Shown here one piece after another: positions 17,498 through 28,080 of a stretch of 53,172 bases of DNA. Location of the stretch: contig CAZPLZ010000001.1 in NCBI GenBank assembly GCA_964587525.1, positions 1-53,172 on the forward strand, in the 5' to 3' direction. The stretch comes from an uncultured bacterium (GTDB lineage Bacteria; Oederibacteriota; CAKKQC01). Every line of letters begins with the position of its first letter. The stretch's first letter is position 1. The translations under genes and the position numbers were made by a program. The notes under the pieces were generated by a model. It had not been told where the DNA came from. It worked only from the letters and a program-made list of their open reading frames with translations, and ran no database searches.

Positions 17498-18472
17498 TTA
17501 GAGCGCCTCCGGGTTCACGCAGTTGGGGGGCCGGCGGTTCTGAAGGACCGCAAGCACGTTGTCCGCCGCCACGTGGGCCATCTTGGTGCGGGTGGCCAGC
17601 GTAGCGCTGCCAAGGTGCGGGGCAAGCACGGCATTGTCCATCCCGGCCAATCCTGGCTCTATCGCAGGCTCGCGCTCGTACACGTCCAATCCGGCCCCGG
17701 TGATGAGACCTTGCTTGAGGGCTGTCACGAGGTCCGCCTCGTTCACGATTCCGCCGCGGGAGGTGTTGATCAGGTAGGCGCTGCGCTTCATGCTGGAAAA
17801 CTCCTTCAGGGAGAACCGGTGCTTGGTCTCTTGCGTCAACGGCGCATGAATGGTGAGGATGTCTGACTCCGAGAGCAAGGTGTTGAAGTCCGTGAACGAC
17901 GCGTTCAGATTCTGTTCCACAGACGCCTCCACATGGTGGCGCTGGTGGTAGAGCACACGCATGCCAAATCCACGCGCCCGCTTGGCCACCGCCTGGCCGA
18001 TGCGGCCGAAGCCGTACAGCCCCAGCGTGGCGCCGCTGACCTCGCCACCAAGCATGTACAGCGGAAACCATCCCGAGAACTTGCCATGGCGCATCGCTCG
18101 GTCGCCCTCCGTCACCCGCCGGACCGTGTCGAGGATAAGGGTCCAGGTCAGATCGGCCGTTGCGTCGGTGAGCACGCCAGGGGTGTTGGTGACGGGAAGC
18201 TTTCGCGCCGTAGCTGCGGGCACATCGATGTTGTTGTACCCCACGGCGTAGTTCGCGATGACCTTGAGGTTGGTTCCAGCGGTCTCCATGACCGTACCGT
18301 CGATCGAGTCCGTGAGCAGGCAGAGGAGTGCGTCCACGCCACGGACGCCTGCCAGCAGCTCTTCGCGGGTGAGGGGCCGGTCTTCTCGGTTGAGGGAGAG
18401 CTCGCACTCGGCGCTCAGCCGCTCGAGTGCGGGCGCCGGCAGGAGGCGGGTCACGAGCACCTTTGGCTTCAT
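17498..18472 (-). CDS. D-isomer-specific 2-hydroxyacid dehydrogenase (glyoxylate/hydroxypyruvate reductase-like)
   Basis: NAD fold GLYGFGRIGQAVAKRA, RGG..NE..L, LDV...EP and PH.GSAT catalytic region. Confidence 0.9.
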   Translation of the reverse strand: MKPKVLVTRLLPAPALERLSAECELSLNREDRPLTREELLAGVRGVDALLCLLTDSIDGTVMETAGTNLKVIANYAVGYNNIDVPAATARKLPVTNTPGVLTDATADLTWTLILDTVRRVTEGDRAMRHGKFSGWFPLYMLGGEVSGATLGLYGFGRIGQAVAKRARGFGMRVLYHQRHHVEASVEQNLNASFTDFNTLLSESDILTIHAPLTQETKHRFSLKEFSSMKRSAYLINTSRGGIVNEADLVTALKQGLITGAGLDVYEREPAIEPGLAGMDNAVLAPHLGSATLATRTKMAHVAADNVLAVLQNRRPPNCVNPEAL

Positions 18473-18501
18473 GGCAGCGGTTTATCTTACAATACTATTG
18501 A

Positions 18502-20298
18502 ATGTCGGCGCCGTTGATACGGAATTTTTGCATCATCGCGCACATCGATCATGGCAAATCCACCCTGGCTGACCGTCTGCTCGAGATGACCGGGGCTATC
18601 GCGCCGCGAGCCATGCGTGAGCAGGTGCTGGATCGGATGGATCTGGAGCGCGAGCGTGGTATCACCATCAAGGCCAAGGCGGTGCGCCTTTCGCACACCG
18701 TGGCAGACGGCCGGCTCTACCAGCTCAACCTGATCGACACCCCGGGGCATGTGGATTTCTCCTACGAGGTATCGCGCAGCCTGGCGGCGTGCGAAGGGGC
18801 GCTCCTGGTGGTGGATGCGGCGCAGGGGGTGGAGGCACAGACCGTGGCCAACGCGACCCTGGCGCGCACACAGGGGCTGACGCTCATTCCCATCATCAAC
18901 AAGATTGACTTGCCCACTGCGAATTTGGAACACACGCGACGGCAGGTGGCGGAGCTGCTGCACCTGGATGTAACTGCGGACATGACCCCGGTGTCGGCGA
19001 AAGAGGGGAGGGGGGTGGAGGATGTCCTTCAGCGTATCGTGGACACGATCCCCCCCCCTGCCGGCTCAACGGAGGCCCCACTACGGGCGCTGGCCTTTGA
19101 TTCGTTTTTTGACACCTACCGCGGCGTGATTGTGACCGTACGCGTGGTGGATGGCCGGATCGCGGCGGGGGACAGGATTCAGTTCATGGCATCGCGGGAG
19201 GAGTTTGAGGTGAATCAGGTGGGGGTGTTCAAACCCGAGATGGCGGCGGTGGAGTCGCTCGCCGCTGGCGAGGTGGGGTTTGTGGTGGCCAATATGCGAT
19301 CGGTGGTCTCTGCACCGGTCGGCGATACCATCACCCACGTGAGTCACCGCGCCGCTTCGGTGGTTCCTGGGTATCGACCGGTCAAACCCATGGTGTTCTG
19401 CAGCCTGTACCCCGTGGAGGGCGAGCAGTACGGCCTGCTGCGGGACGCGCTGGCCAAGCTCAAACTGAACGACGCAGCGCTGAGCTTCACGCCTGAATCC
19501 TCAGCCGCACTAGGGTTCGGGTTCCGTCTCGGGTTCCTGGGGTTGCTGCACCTGGAGATCGTGCAGGCGCGGCTAGAGCGGGAGTACGATCTGACCCTGG
19601 TGGCGACCGCCCCCTCCGTGGTGTTCCAGGTCATGCGCAGGGATGGCACCATCGTTGAGATCGCGCACCCGGGCGCGTGGCCGAATCCTGGTGACATCGC
19701 GGCGACGGACGAGCCATACGTTAAGGCGATGATCCTGTCGCCCAAGGAAACGTTGGGTGCCATCATGGATCTGTGCAAGAGCCGTCGGGGGGTCTTCAAG
19801 AGCCTGCAGTATCTGGATCCCACCAGGGCGATCCTGAACTACGAGCTGCCGCTTTCGGAAATCTTGCTAGAGTTCCACGACCACCTGAAATCCGTGTCCC
19901 AGGGTTACGCTTCGCTGGACTATGAGCTGATCGGATTTAAGGCGGGAGAGCTCGTCAAACTGGATATTTTATTGAACGGGGAGAAGGTGGAAGCGCTGTC
20001 GTCCATTGTGCCGAAGGACCAGGCATACTCTAGGGGAGTCCAGATCGCTGGGAAGCTCAAGACGCTCATCCCCCGGCAGATGTTCGAGGTGGCCGTGCAG
20101 GCCGCCGTGGGCTCCCGCGTGATCGCGCGTGAAACGATTCCGGCCATGCGGAAAAATGTCCTGTCAAAATGCTACGGGGGGGATGTCACGCGCAAGCGTA
20201 AACTTCTCGAGAGGCAGAGGGAGGGAAAAAAAAGAATGAAGATCGTTGGCAGAGTCTCGATCCCCCAAGAAGCCTTTCTTGCCGTGCTGAAGCTATGA
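18502..20298 (+). CDS. lepA: Translation elongation factor 4 (LepA)
   Basis: [35 protein letters not shown], and C-terminal LepA block [24 protein letters not shown]. Confidence 0.97.
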   Translation: MSAPLIRNFCIIAHIDHGKSTLADRLLEMTGAIAPRAMREQVLDRMDLERERGITIKAKAVRLSHTVADGRLYQLNLIDTPGHVDFSYEVSRSLAACEGALLVVDAAQGVEAQTVANATLARTQGLTLIPIINKIDLPTANLEHTRRQVAELLHLDVTADMTPVSAKEGRGVEDVLQRIVDTIPPPAGSTEAPLRALAFDSFFDTYRGVIVTVRVVDGRIAAGDRIQFMASREEFEVNQVGVFKPEMAAVESLAAGEVGFVVANMRSVVSAPVGDTITHVSHRAASVVPGYRPVKPMVFCSLYPVEGEQYGLLRDALAKLKLNDAALSFTPESSAALGFGFRLGFLGLLHLEIVQARLEREYDLTLVATAPSVVFQVMRRDGTIVEIAHPGAWPNPGDIAATDEPYVKAMILSPKETLGAIMDLCKSRRGVFKSLQYLDPTRAILNYELPLSEILLEFHDHLKSVSQGYASLDYELIGFKAGELVKLDILLNGEKVEALSSIVPKDQAYSRGVQIAGKLKTLIPRQMFEVAVQAAVGSRVIARETIPAMRKNVLSKCYGGDVTRKRKLLERQREGKKRMKIVGRVSIPQEAFLAVLKL

Positions 20299-20340
20299 AA
20301 GATAAGAGTCCAGGCCCCTCAAGCATCGTAAGGTCTGACC

Positions 20341-21078
20341 GTGTTTGACAACATCAACGAGATCCTGCTGACCGTCACCGTGATCCTGGCGGTGGCCGCC
20401 GTGGCCCTGCGCGTGCTAAGGCGCTTCAGCCGCGTGGAGTGGATCAAGCGATTTTTGATGTGGCTGCTCGGGTATGTGGATGTGTTCCTCTCCGCGTTGA
20501 TCATTGCGCTGGCGGTGCGCTCATGTATCGTCGAGCCGTTCAAAATTCCGTCCGGGTCCATGGAGAACACCCTGCTCATCGGCGACCACCTGTTTGTGAA
20601 CCGGTTCATCTATGGGCTGAGGGTGCCGTATCTCAAGTCCCGTCCGCTGGCCATCCGCAACCCCAAGCCCGGAGACATCATCGTGTTCATCCCGCCGCAT
20701 AAGCGTGACAAGGATTTTATCAAGCGGGTCATCGCCATCCCCGGGGACAAACTGGAGATCAGGAGCCAGGCGGTGTACCTGAACGGGGTCGAGCTGGACG
20801 AGCGCTATGTCATACACAGAGAGCCGAGGAGTTTGAGCCGGTTTCTCTCCCAGCGGGACAACATGCCCGAGATCACCATCCCCCCTGGGAAGTATTTCGT
20901 GATGGGTGACAACCGGGACCGGAGCGAAGACTCGCGCTACTGGGGATTCGTGTCGCTGCGCGACATCAAGGGCAAAGCCATCTTTATCTACTTCTCGTGG
21001 AATCGGGACCTTGGGGCATCTAGCTTCAACCTGATCAAGAAAATCCGCTGGAAGCGTCTCGGGAAAGGGATCCATTGA
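20341..21078 (+). CDS. lepB: Signal peptidase I (LepB), canonical copy
   Basis: GTG start, single N-terminal TM, FKIPSGSMENTLLIGDHLFV, FIKRVIAIPGD, GDNRDRSEDSRYWGF. Classic lepA-lepB arrangement. Confidence 0.93.
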   Translation: MFDNINEILLTVTVILAVAAVALRVLRRFSRVEWIKRFLMWLLGYVDVFLSALIIALAVRSCIVEPFKIPSGSMENTLLIGDHLFVNRFIYGLRVPYLKSRPLAIRNPKPGDIIVFIPPHKRDKDFIKRVIAIPGDKLEIRSQAVYLNGVELDERYVIHREPRSLSRFLSQRDNMPEITIPPGKYFVMGDNRDRSEDSRYWGFVSLRDIKGKAIFIYFSWNRDLGASSFNLIKKIRWKRLGKGIH

Positions 21079-22193
21079 CCCAGGGATTGTACCTTCACAT
21101 CCCGTTTTGCGAGATCAAGTGCGCGTACTGCGACTTCTATTCATTGGTTGGAAGTCAGGAATCTCAACGAGAGCGGTACGTCGGGGCTCTGTGTGCGGAG
21201 ATTCAGGCTCGCGGGACGGGGGAGCCGGCCGACACCATTTTCTTCGGCGGGGGAACTCCGTCGGTGCTGTCACCCCAGCAGATCTGTCGTATTCTGCAAG
21301 CGCTCCGGGGCAGTTTCCAGGTGGATCCGGCCGCCGAGATCACCATGGAGGCCAATCCAGAGACCGTTACTGGAGCGACCCTGCAGGGTTTTAGGGAGGC
21401 CGGCATCAACCGGCTCAGCTTCGGCGTGCAGAGCCTGCAAGATGACCTGCTGCGCACCCTGGGGCGGATCCACTCGGCGGAGAGGGCCTGCTGGGCGATC
21501 ACCGAGGCCAGCGCAGCGGGTTTTGACAATGTGAACGCCGATCTCATCTTCGGGCTGCCGGGTCAGACCGCAGAGATCTGGCGCCGGGATCTTGGCACCG
21601 TGCTGGCGCTACCCATCACGCACCTGTCGTGTTACGAGCTGATCATTGAGGAGGGCACTGCGTTTGGCTTCCGGCCGCCGAAGCTGCCCGATGAGGAAGT
21701 GGTCATAGCGCAGTGGGACATCGTGATGGAGGAAACTCTCCATGCCGGGTACGCGCACTATGAAGTGTCTAACTACGCCGCGCCGGGCTGGGAGTGCCGG
21801 CACAACCTCAAGTACTGGCGAGATGAGGAGTTCTTCGGCTTCGGCGCCAGCGCGTGGGGTTCCCGCGGTGACACCCGATGTGCCAACCCCCGCAGCTTGC
21901 GGCGATACCTTGAGAGACAGGCGGGAGGCTTCCCCCCGGCTGAGATCGACTCAGCACCGCGTCCGGTTAAGATGGCGGAGACGCTGATCCTGAATCTTCG
22001 ATTGCGGCAAGGCTGTCACGAGGGAGCGTTCAAGGCGCGGTATGGCGAGGAGATTTGGCCCAAGTTCGCGGACGCCCTTTCGCCCCATCTTGCCGCTGGC
22101 CGGCTGGAGCGGTCGGGCGGCTGGCTTAAGCTGACCACGCCAGGCCTGCTCGTCGCCAATGAGGTCTGGGCTGATATTTTGGCCGCAGCGTGA
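21075..22193 (+). CDS. hemW: Radical SAM heme chaperone HemW (HemN-like, oxygen-independent coproporphyrinogen oxidase family)
   Basis: LYLHIPFCEIKCAYCDF (CxxxCxxC), FFGGGTPS, C-terminal HemN_C-like region. 4-nt overlap with lepB. Confidence 0.9.
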   Translation: MTQGLYLHIPFCEIKCAYCDFYSLVGSQESQRERYVGALCAEIQARGTGEPADTIFFGGGTPSVLSPQQICRILQALRGSFQVDPAAEITMEANPETVTGATLQGFREAGINRLSFGVQSLQDDLLRTLGRIHSAERACWAITEASAAGFDNVNADLIFGLPGQTAEIWRRDLGTVLALPITHLSCYELIIEEGTAFGFRPPKLPDEEVVIAQWDIVMEETLHAGYAHYEVSNYAAPGWECRHNLKYWRDEEFFGFGASAWGSRGDTRCANPRSLRRYLERQAGGFPPAEIDSAPRPVKMAETLILNLRLRQGCHEGAFKARYGEEIWPKFADALSPHLAAGRLERSGGWLKLTTPGLLVANEVWADILAAA

Positions 22194-22308
22194 TACCATA
22201 CTGCAATTACCCACGTCGGCCCCCAAACAGCCCCCCGGGTCCCCCAAAAAAGGGGGTGGGGGTTGAAGGCCGGCGGAGGAACGAACCCAAAGGAGGGACA
22301 CCCTAAGG

Positions 22309-23307
22309 ATGACGGCTGTGAGCATGAAGCAGCTTTTGGAAGCTGGCATGCACTTTGGCCATCAAGTGCATCGCTGGCACCCGAAGATGCACAAGTACAT
22401 CTTCGGCACCCGCAATGGCATCCACATCATTGATTTGCAAAAGACCATCAGATCGCTTAGGGAATCCTATCAGGCGGTTCGCGATTGTGTCGCGCAAGGT
22501 GGCCTCGTGCTCTTCGTCGGCACCAAGAAACAAGCCCAGCAAGTTATTTTTGAGGAAAGCCAGCGGTGCAATATGTACTGCGTGACCAGCCGATGGGTGG
22601 GAGGCTTGCTCACGAACTTTGGGACCATCCGGAAGAACTTGGCCAAGATGCGTGAGTACGAGCAGATGGAAACCGGCGGCTTGTTGAATCAGCTTCCACG
22701 CAAGGAAGTTGCGTCGATTCGGCGGAAGTGGGGTAAGCTCAAGGAAGCCTTCTCGGGTATTCAGGATCTGCCCAAGGTCCCCGAGGTCTTGTTCATTATC
22801 GATCTCAAGAAGGAGTACATCGCGCTGAACGAGGCGCGGCGGCTGGGCCTGATGGCGGTCGCGATTGTGGACACCAACTGTAACCCGGATGAGGTGACCC
22901 ATGCGATTCCGGGTAACGACGATGCCATCCGTTCCGTCAAGCTGGTCACAAGTTTCATGGCGGACGCCGTGATTGAGGGCCTTCAGGAATGGCAGAACAA
23001 GGGTGGTAAGGCGGCGGTGGCCGAGGCCGAGGCCCAGGCCGAGCCCGAGCCCGAGGCCATGACGCCTGCGAGCGAGGCTGAGCTGGCCGAACAAGTGGCG
23101 GCGGCAGCCCGCGCCCTGAAGAGCGATCCTGAAGAAGAGGGCGCGGAAGAAGATCTCAAGCTCTTTGAGCAGGCTATCAAGGGTGAGTTCCGCGGCGAAG
23201 GCGTCAAAGAAGACGTGGCTGTGGAGGGCGAGGCGGCTCCCGAGGCGGGTGTCGCTCCCGCGGCTCCCCCAGATCCCACCCCGGACACCCCGCCGGCAAC
23301 GAACTAG
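22309..23307 (+). CDS. rpsB: 30S ribosomal protein S2 with ~85-aa acidic/Pro-rich C-terminal extension
   Basis: LLEAGMHFGHQ..RW.PKM..YIFG.RNGIHIIDL.KT; the core ends about aa 245. Tail reads AEAEAQAEPEPEA...PPDPTPDTPPATN. Confidence 0.95.
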   Translation: MTAVSMKQLLEAGMHFGHQVHRWHPKMHKYIFGTRNGIHIIDLQKTIRSLRESYQAVRDCVAQGGLVLFVGTKKQAQQVIFEESQRCNMYCVTSRWVGGLLTNFGTIRKNLAKMREYEQMETGGLLNQLPRKEVASIRRKWGKLKEAFSGIQDLPKVPEVLFIIDLKKEYIALNEARRLGLMAVAIVDTNCNPDEVTHAIPGNDDAIRSVKLVTSFMADAVIEGLQEWQNKGGKAAVAEAEAQAEPEPEAMTPASEAELAEQVAAAARALKSDPEEEGAEEDLKLFEQAIKGEFRGEGVKEDVAVEGEAAPEAGVAPAAPPDPTPDTPPATN

Positions 23308-23315
23308 CGGCTGCC

Positions 23316-23924
23316 GTGCCTCCTGCGGTCGAACACATCAAAAAGTTGCGCGCGCTCACCAGCGCTGGCATCATGGACTGCCGCAAGGCCCTGGAGGAGA
23401 CCAACGGCGATCTCGAGAAGGCCATGGCCCTGCTGCGTGAGCGCGGGGCAGCCACGGCGCTGGCCAGGGAGGGCCGCCAGGCTGAGGAAGGGACCGTCAT
23501 GGCGTACGTGCACCATGGCGGCAAGCTTGGCTCACTCGTCGAGGTGAACTGCGAGAGTGATTTCGTGGCGCGCAACGATGACTTCATCGCGCTGGCGAAG
23601 GAGTTGTCAATGCAGATCGCAGCCACCAGCCCTACGTATGTCTCCAGGGAGGAGGTGCCTGCGGACTTCCTCGAAGCGCAGCGCGCCGAGTTCAAGAAAC
23701 AGGCCGCGACCTTGGGCAAGGCTGCATCGACGGACGCCTACGTGGAGGAGAAGATTGAACAACTCCTGTCGCGGCTTTGCCTCCTGGAACAGCCGTATAT
23801 CCGGGACGCCACGCTCACGATCAAGAACCTCATCACCGACAAGGTGGCGAAATTTAAGGAGCGCATTCGGGTGAAGCGGTTCGAGGTCTTTAAACTTGGC
23901 GAAGGGGGCGACTCCGCTGGGTAA
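23316..23924 (+). CDS. tsf: Elongation factor Ts (short form)
   Basis: GTG start. [37 protein letters not shown] (UBA-like N-domain), [19 protein letters not shown]. Confidence 0.93.
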   Translation: MPPAVEHIKKLRALTSAGIMDCRKALEETNGDLEKAMALLRERGAATALAREGRQAEEGTVMAYVHHGGKLGSLVEVNCESDFVARNDDFIALAKELSMQIAATSPTYVSREEVPADFLEAQRAEFKKQAATLGKAASTDAYVEEKIEQLLSRLCLLEQPYIRDATLTIKNLITDKVAKFKERIRVKRFEVFKLGEGGDSAG

Positions 23925-24657
23925 GCCCGTTGCCCTGCACTCGCGTAAACCGCGCTATCGCCGGGTGATGTTCAAACTGTCGGGCGAAGCCCTGGCGGGG
24001 GGCCCGAACGGCTACGGCATTGCCGCGTCCGTGCTTAAGCGGATCGCGCACGAGGTCGTAGAGGTGCACAACACAGGAGTTTCAATTGGGATCGTGGTTG
24101 GCGGCGGGAACATCTTCCGGGGGACCACCGGCGGGGGGATTGACCGGGTTGGGGCGGACTACATGGGCATGCTAGCCACGGTGATCAACTCGGTTGCGCT
24201 GCAGGATGCCCTGGAGAAGGCAGGCGTTCCGACCCGGGTCATGAGCGCCATCGAGCTGGCCAAAGTCGCTGAGCCCTACATCCGGCGCCGCGCCATGCGG
24301 CATTTAGAAAAAGGGCGGATTGTGATTTTTGCCGGCGGCACCGGTAACCCCTATTTTTCCACCGACACGGCTGCAGCGTTGCGGGCCACCGAGATCGGCG
24401 CCGAGGTCGTTTTGAAGGCTACCAAAGTGGATGGCGTGTACGACCGTGATCCAGCCCGGGCGCGGCGCGCGAAAAAATTTGTGCGCCTCACGTACATGGA
24501 CGTGATTAAGAAAGGACTCAAGGTCATGGATCTGACCGCGCTGACCATGTGCCAGGAAAACAGCCTTCCGATTGTGGTCTTCAACCTGAACGTGCCGGGC
24601 AACATCACGCGCGCGGGGCTGGGTGCTCCGATTGGCACGCTCGTTGGGAACCACTGA
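23896..24657 (+). CDS. pyrH: UMP kinase PyrH
   Basis: [47 protein letters not shown] start with GAGG 9 nt upstream. Overlaps tsf by 29 nt; start uncertain. Confidence 0.9.
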   Translation: MAKGATPLGKPVALHSRKPRYRRVMFKLSGEALAGGPNGYGIAASVLKRIAHEVVEVHNTGVSIGIVVGGGNIFRGTTGGGIDRVGADYMGMLATVINSVALQDALEKAGVPTRVMSAIELAKVAEPYIRRRAMRHLEKGRIVIFAGGTGNPYFSTDTAAALRATEIGAEVVLKATKVDGVYDRDPARARRAKKFVRLTYMDVIKKGLKVMDLTALTMCQENSLPIVVFNLNVPGNITRAGLGAPIGTLVGNH

Positions 24658-24658
24658 C

Positions 24659-25222
24659 ATGGCTGCCGGTGACACGCTGGTCCACGAGGGCGAAGACAAG
24701 ATGAAGAAAACGCTCGGTGTGACTCAACAGGCTCTCTCCGGCATCCGGACTGGCCGCGCGACCCCCGCGCTGGTGGAGAATCTCAAGGTGGACTATTACG
24801 GCGCCAACGCGCCGCTCAAGCAGATTGCCGCGGTGAGCACGCCGGACTCCAAGACGCTGGAGATCCGCCCCTGGGACAAGAATGCCATCCAGCCAATTGA
24901 AAAGGCGATTGCGCAGTCGGATCTCAAGCTCGCGCCTCAGCGGCAAGGTGAGACGATCCGGCTGATCATCCCGCCGCTGACCCAGGAGCGGCGGCTGGAG
25001 CTGATCAAAGTGTCCAAAAAGACTGGGGAGGACGGCAAGGTGTCCATCCGCGCCATTCGGCAGGAGACCAACAACAGGCTGAAGGACGCCAAGGACGCTA
25101 AGACCATTTCGGATGACGAGCTCCGCAAGTTGACCGCTTTAGTGCAGAAACTGACGGACCAGTACACTGGCGAGATCGATGAGTTTCTCGCTCACAAAGA
25201 GCAAGAAATCACCACCCTTTGA
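24659..25222 (+). CDS. frr: Ribosome recycling factor
   Basis: ATG 24659 (2 nt after the pyrH stop) preferred to the track start 24623. GRATPALVENLKVDYYG, PLTQERRLELIK, typical Frr length. Confidence 0.93.
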   Translation: MAAGDTLVHEGEDKMKKTLGVTQQALSGIRTGRATPALVENLKVDYYGANAPLKQIAAVSTPDSKTLEIRPWDKNAIQPIEKAIAQSDLKLAPQRQGETIRLIIPPLTQERRLELIKVSKKTGEDGKVSIRAIRQETNNRLKDAKDAKTISDDELRKLTALVQKLTDQYTGEIDEFLAHKEQEITTL

Positions 25223-25943
25223 CTTAGATCCCACAAGGCTTCCACAGCATGTGGCGATCATCATGGATGGCAACGGGCGGTGGGCCCGGGCCCGGCACCT
25301 GCCTCGTATCGTGGGGCACCGTGCGGGCGTGCGGTCGGTGCGCGAGGTGGTTAGGACCTGCGCAGAACTTGGTATCAAGGCGCTGACCCTCTACGCGTTT
25401 TCCGCCGACAACTGGAAGCGCCCTCCTGAGGAAGTGAGCGCCCTCATGCGGCTGCTCGTCCGGTACCTGCGGCTTGAGCTGGGGGAGTTAAAGCGCCAGC
25501 AGATCAGGCTGCAGACGATCGGGCACGTGGAACGGCTGCCGGGTGCTGCGAAGGCGTGGCTGCGGCGCGTTCAACGCGAGACGGCGCATCACAAGGGGCT
25601 CGTGCTGACGCTGGCGCTGAACTACAGCGCGCGGCAGGAAATCCTTGACGCGGCGCGGCGGATGGCCATGCAGTTCAAGCAGCGCAACGGCCAGGTTAGG
25701 AAGCTGCTCCACCGCGATGATTTCCGGCAGTTCCTGTCCACCGCGCGGCTGCCGGACCCGGATCTTGTGATCCGCACCAGCGGGGAGATGCGGCTATCTG
25801 ATTTCCTGCTCTGGCAGGCCGCGTACGCTGAGCTGTGGTTCACACCTGTCCTGTGGCCGGAATTCCGGAAAGCCAACCTGCTGGAGGCGCTGCGTGTCTT
25901 TCAGAAACGTCAGCGCCGCTTTGGAGCAGCGACCGACACCTGA
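25179..25943 (+). CDS. uppS: Undecaprenyl diphosphate synthase (cis-isoprenyl transferase)
   Basis: PQHVAIIMDGNGRWA, GH..G, LTLYAFS.DNW.RP..EV, RTSGE.RLSDFLLWQ..YAEL.F. Overlaps the frr end by 44 nt. Confidence 0.93.
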   Translation: MSFSLTKSKKSPPFDLDPTRLPQHVAIIMDGNGRWARARHLPRIVGHRAGVRSVREVVRTCAELGIKALTLYAFSADNWKRPPEEVSALMRLLVRYLRLELGELKRQQIRLQTIGHVERLPGAAKAWLRRVQRETAHHKGLVLTLALNYSARQEILDAARRMAMQFKQRNGQVRKLLHRDDFRQFLSTARLPDPDLVIRTSGEMRLSDFLLWQAAYAELWFTPVLWPEFRKANLLEALRVFQKRQRRFGAATDT

Positions 25944-25956
25944 TCAGCGCCTGACC

Positions 25957-26823
25957 ATGTCCAATTTCCTGCTGCGGGTCCTCACCGCCGCTGTGCTCGT
26001 GCCGGCGGTGGGTTTCCTGCTCTTCCTGGATAACCCCCTCTATTTCTGTCTGTTGGTCCCGGTGGTCAGTCTCTTGGCCGTGCACGAGCTCTTTCGGATG
26101 CTTCGGCACGGGGGCTATCAGCCTTTCGCTGCGTTCGGATATGTCATGGTGGTGGCGATGCAGCTCGCGGCGTACACCGTATTTAAGCCCCTGGAGTTTA
26201 CCGGTCCGATTCTCGTCCCGGCTGTCCTCCTGACCATCCTGGTGACCGGCGCGTTGCTGGCCCAGTTTCCCCGGGGCCATCAGGATGCCAACTTTTCGAA
26301 CATGTGCGTGACGCTGTTTGCCGTGTTGTACGTGGGTTGGCTGGCAGGGTTCCTGATCCGGCTGAGGGGCATGGTGGAGGGCACGCAGTGGGTGTTTCTG
26401 CTCCTCTTCACGACGTGGATCTTCGACACGGCCGCGTATGCCTGGGGGGTGAATTTCGGGCGGGCCCGGCTCTGGCCCCGGGTGTCACCGGGAAAGACCT
26501 GGGAAGGGCTGTTCGGTGGCGTCGTGTTCACCGTCGCCATCGTGTGTGGGGTGAGCTGGCTGCTGGAGTCCTTCCCCAAGTTGCCGCAGGTGTTTCCATC
26601 CCGCGCCGGTGGCCAGTTCTTGCTCTTGCTAACGCTGGCAGTCTGTGTGGCCGCCCAGCTTGGCGATCTGGTGGAATCCATGATCAAGCGCACCATGCGG
26701 GTGAAGGATTCCAACTCCCTCCTGCCAGGCCACGGCGGGTTGCTGGACAAGCTGGACAGCCTCCTGTTCACCGCGCCGCTCATGTACTTCGCTGCCCTGT
26801 TCGCGGAAGGTTCTGTGCGGTAG
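25957..26823 (+). CDS. cdsA: Phosphatidate cytidylyltransferase CdsA
   Basis: ATG 25957 (after the uppS stop) preferred to 25894. Polytopic. Signature SMIKRTMRVKDSNSLLPGHGGLLDKLDS. Confidence 0.9.
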   Translation: MSNFLLRVLTAAVLVPAVGFLLFLDNPLYFCLLVPVVSLLAVHELFRMLRHGGYQPFAAFGYVMVVAMQLAAYTVFKPLEFTGPILVPAVLLTILVTGALLAQFPRGHQDANFSNMCVTLFAVLYVGWLAGFLIRLRGMVEGTQWVFLLLFTTWIFDTAAYAWGVNFGRARLWPRVSPGKTWEGLFGGVVFTVAIVCGVSWLLESFPKLPQVFPSRAGGQFLLLLTLAVCVAAQLGDLVESMIKRTMRVKDSNSLLPGHGGLLDKLDSLLFTAPLMYFAALFAEGSVR

Positions 26824-26840
26824 CTCGTTCTCTCTCTTAA

Positions 26841-28004
26841 GTGATTCCGCGCCCATTTTGGCTTGTAGCGTTATCGGGCTTGATGGCGATTCCAGTTCAC
26901 GCCAACGTGTACGGCCAGTGGACGAACAGCCCTCCCGATGATCCGAGATATTTTCCCCTGGCTGTCTGGCTCCAGGCTCCCCAGAACGCGGAAAAGTTCA
27001 AAGCCGCGGGGATCAACTGCTATGTCGGCCTGTGGAAGGGGCCCACCGAGGAGCAACTGGTGGCGCTCAAGGCAGCCGGGATGCCGGTCATCTGCGAGCA
27101 GAACGACATCGGGCTCAAGCACAAGTCAAATCCGATCATCATCGGCTGGATGCACGGGGATGAGCCCGACAACGCGCAATCCCTGGGGGAAGGCGAGGGG
27201 TACGGTCCGCCCGTCCCGTCACGGGATATTGTCCGATATTACCGTAAGCTCCGCATGGCTGATCCCACCCGCCCGGTGCTGCTGAACTTAGGCCAGGGAG
27301 TGGCGTGGGACGACTGGTACGGTCGGGGGGTACGCACCAACAAGCCTGAAGATTACCCCAAGTACCTCAAGGGTTGCGACATTGCCTCATTCGACATCTA
27401 TCCGGCTGTCCATGAGCATCCCGAGGTTGCGGGCAACCTGTGGTTTGTGCCCAGGGGCGTAGAACGCCTGCGGCGGTGGACCAAGGGGCGGAAAGTCGTC
27501 TGGAACTGCATCGAGGCTTCCCGCATTGGCAATGTGCAGGTAAAGCCGACCCCAGTCCAGATCAAGGCGGAGGTCTGGATGTCGCTCATCCATGGCTCCA
27601 TGGGCCTGATCTACTTTGTACACCAGTTCAAGCCAAAGTTCGTGGAAGCCAGCCTGCTGGCCGATCCGGAGCTCCTGAAGGCGGTGACCGAGATCAATGC
27701 GCAGATCCATGAGCTGGCCCCGGTTCTCAACAGCCCTACGATTGAGCACGGCGGCACCGTGGAATCATCCTCACCGGAAGTTCCAATTGCGCTGATGGTG
27801 AAGCGCCACGCCGGCGCGACTTACGTGTTTTCCGTAGCGATGCGCGGGCAGTCAGTCACCGGCTCCTTCACCCTCCGCGGACTGAAGGGGACAACGACAG
27901 GCGAGGTGCTCGGTGAAAGAAGAACGTTGAAGGTGCGCGGTGGCCGTTTCCAGGACGATTTCGATGGCTACGGCGTCCACCTCTACCGAATAACCGCCAG
28001 GTGA
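26841..28004 (+). CDS. Secreted hypothetical protein, possibly a TIM-barrel glycoside hydrolase-like enzyme
   Basis: Signal peptide MIPRPFWLVALSGLMAIPVHA. WMHGDEPDN and NCIEAS could be acid/base and nucleophile strands of a clan GH-A fold. This is pattern-level only. Confidence 0.4.
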   Translation: MIPRPFWLVALSGLMAIPVHANVYGQWTNSPPDDPRYFPLAVWLQAPQNAEKFKAAGINCYVGLWKGPTEEQLVALKAAGMPVICEQNDIGLKHKSNPIIIGWMHGDEPDNAQSLGEGEGYGPPVPSRDIVRYYRKLRMADPTRPVLLNLGQGVAWDDWYGRGVRTNKPEDYPKYLKGCDIASFDIYPAVHEHPEVAGNLWFVPRGVERLRRWTKGRKVVWNCIEASRIGNVQVKPTPVQIKAEVWMSLIHGSMGLIYFVHQFKPKFVEASLLADPELLKAVTEINAQIHELAPVLNSPTIEHGGTVESSSPEVPIALMVKRHAGATYVFSVAMRGQSVTGSFTLRGLKGTTTGEVLGERRTLKVRGGRFQDDFDGYGVHLYRITAR

Positions 28005-28038
28005 ACATATGACCGTGGTCCACGTGTGAAGGGTTGCT

Positions 28039-28080
28039 ATCGTAAAACACCCGGTATTCACTCACCCGAAGCTCCCAGAT
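28039..28080 (-). pseudogene. Possible remnant of a RelE/ParE (Gp49-like) toxin gene
   Basis: Minus-strand translation IWELRVSEYRVFYD matches the conserved W-E-L-R-x-x-x-Y-R-V-F-Y core. No intact ORF surrounds it, and upstream toxin-like sequence (..LYDLLPSMSKNRPLARHP) lies in another frame. Confidence 0.25.

Noticed and set aside
16723-18407. Alternative-frame or antisense ORFs over iolB and the 2-hydroxyacid dehydrogenase gene (16723-17604 +, 17397-18407 -)
   Set aside because: They overlap genes with clear motifs and have low-complexity, R/G/P-rich translations.
22227-22275. C5/G5-run hairpins (GGTCCCCC-AAAAAA-GGGGGTG etc.) between hemW and rpsB, considered as an rpsB leader or riboswitch
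   Set aside because: The stems are short and imperfect. This is most simply a hemW terminator-like structure, and I cannot match it to any known leader by eye.
23896-25222. Overlaps tsf/pyrH (29 nt) and frr/uppS (44 nt), considered as possible frameshift or mis-assembly signals
   Set aside because: Both downstream proteins have normal N-termini from the chosen starts. Such overlaps are common in compact operons, and only the start-site choice is uncertain.
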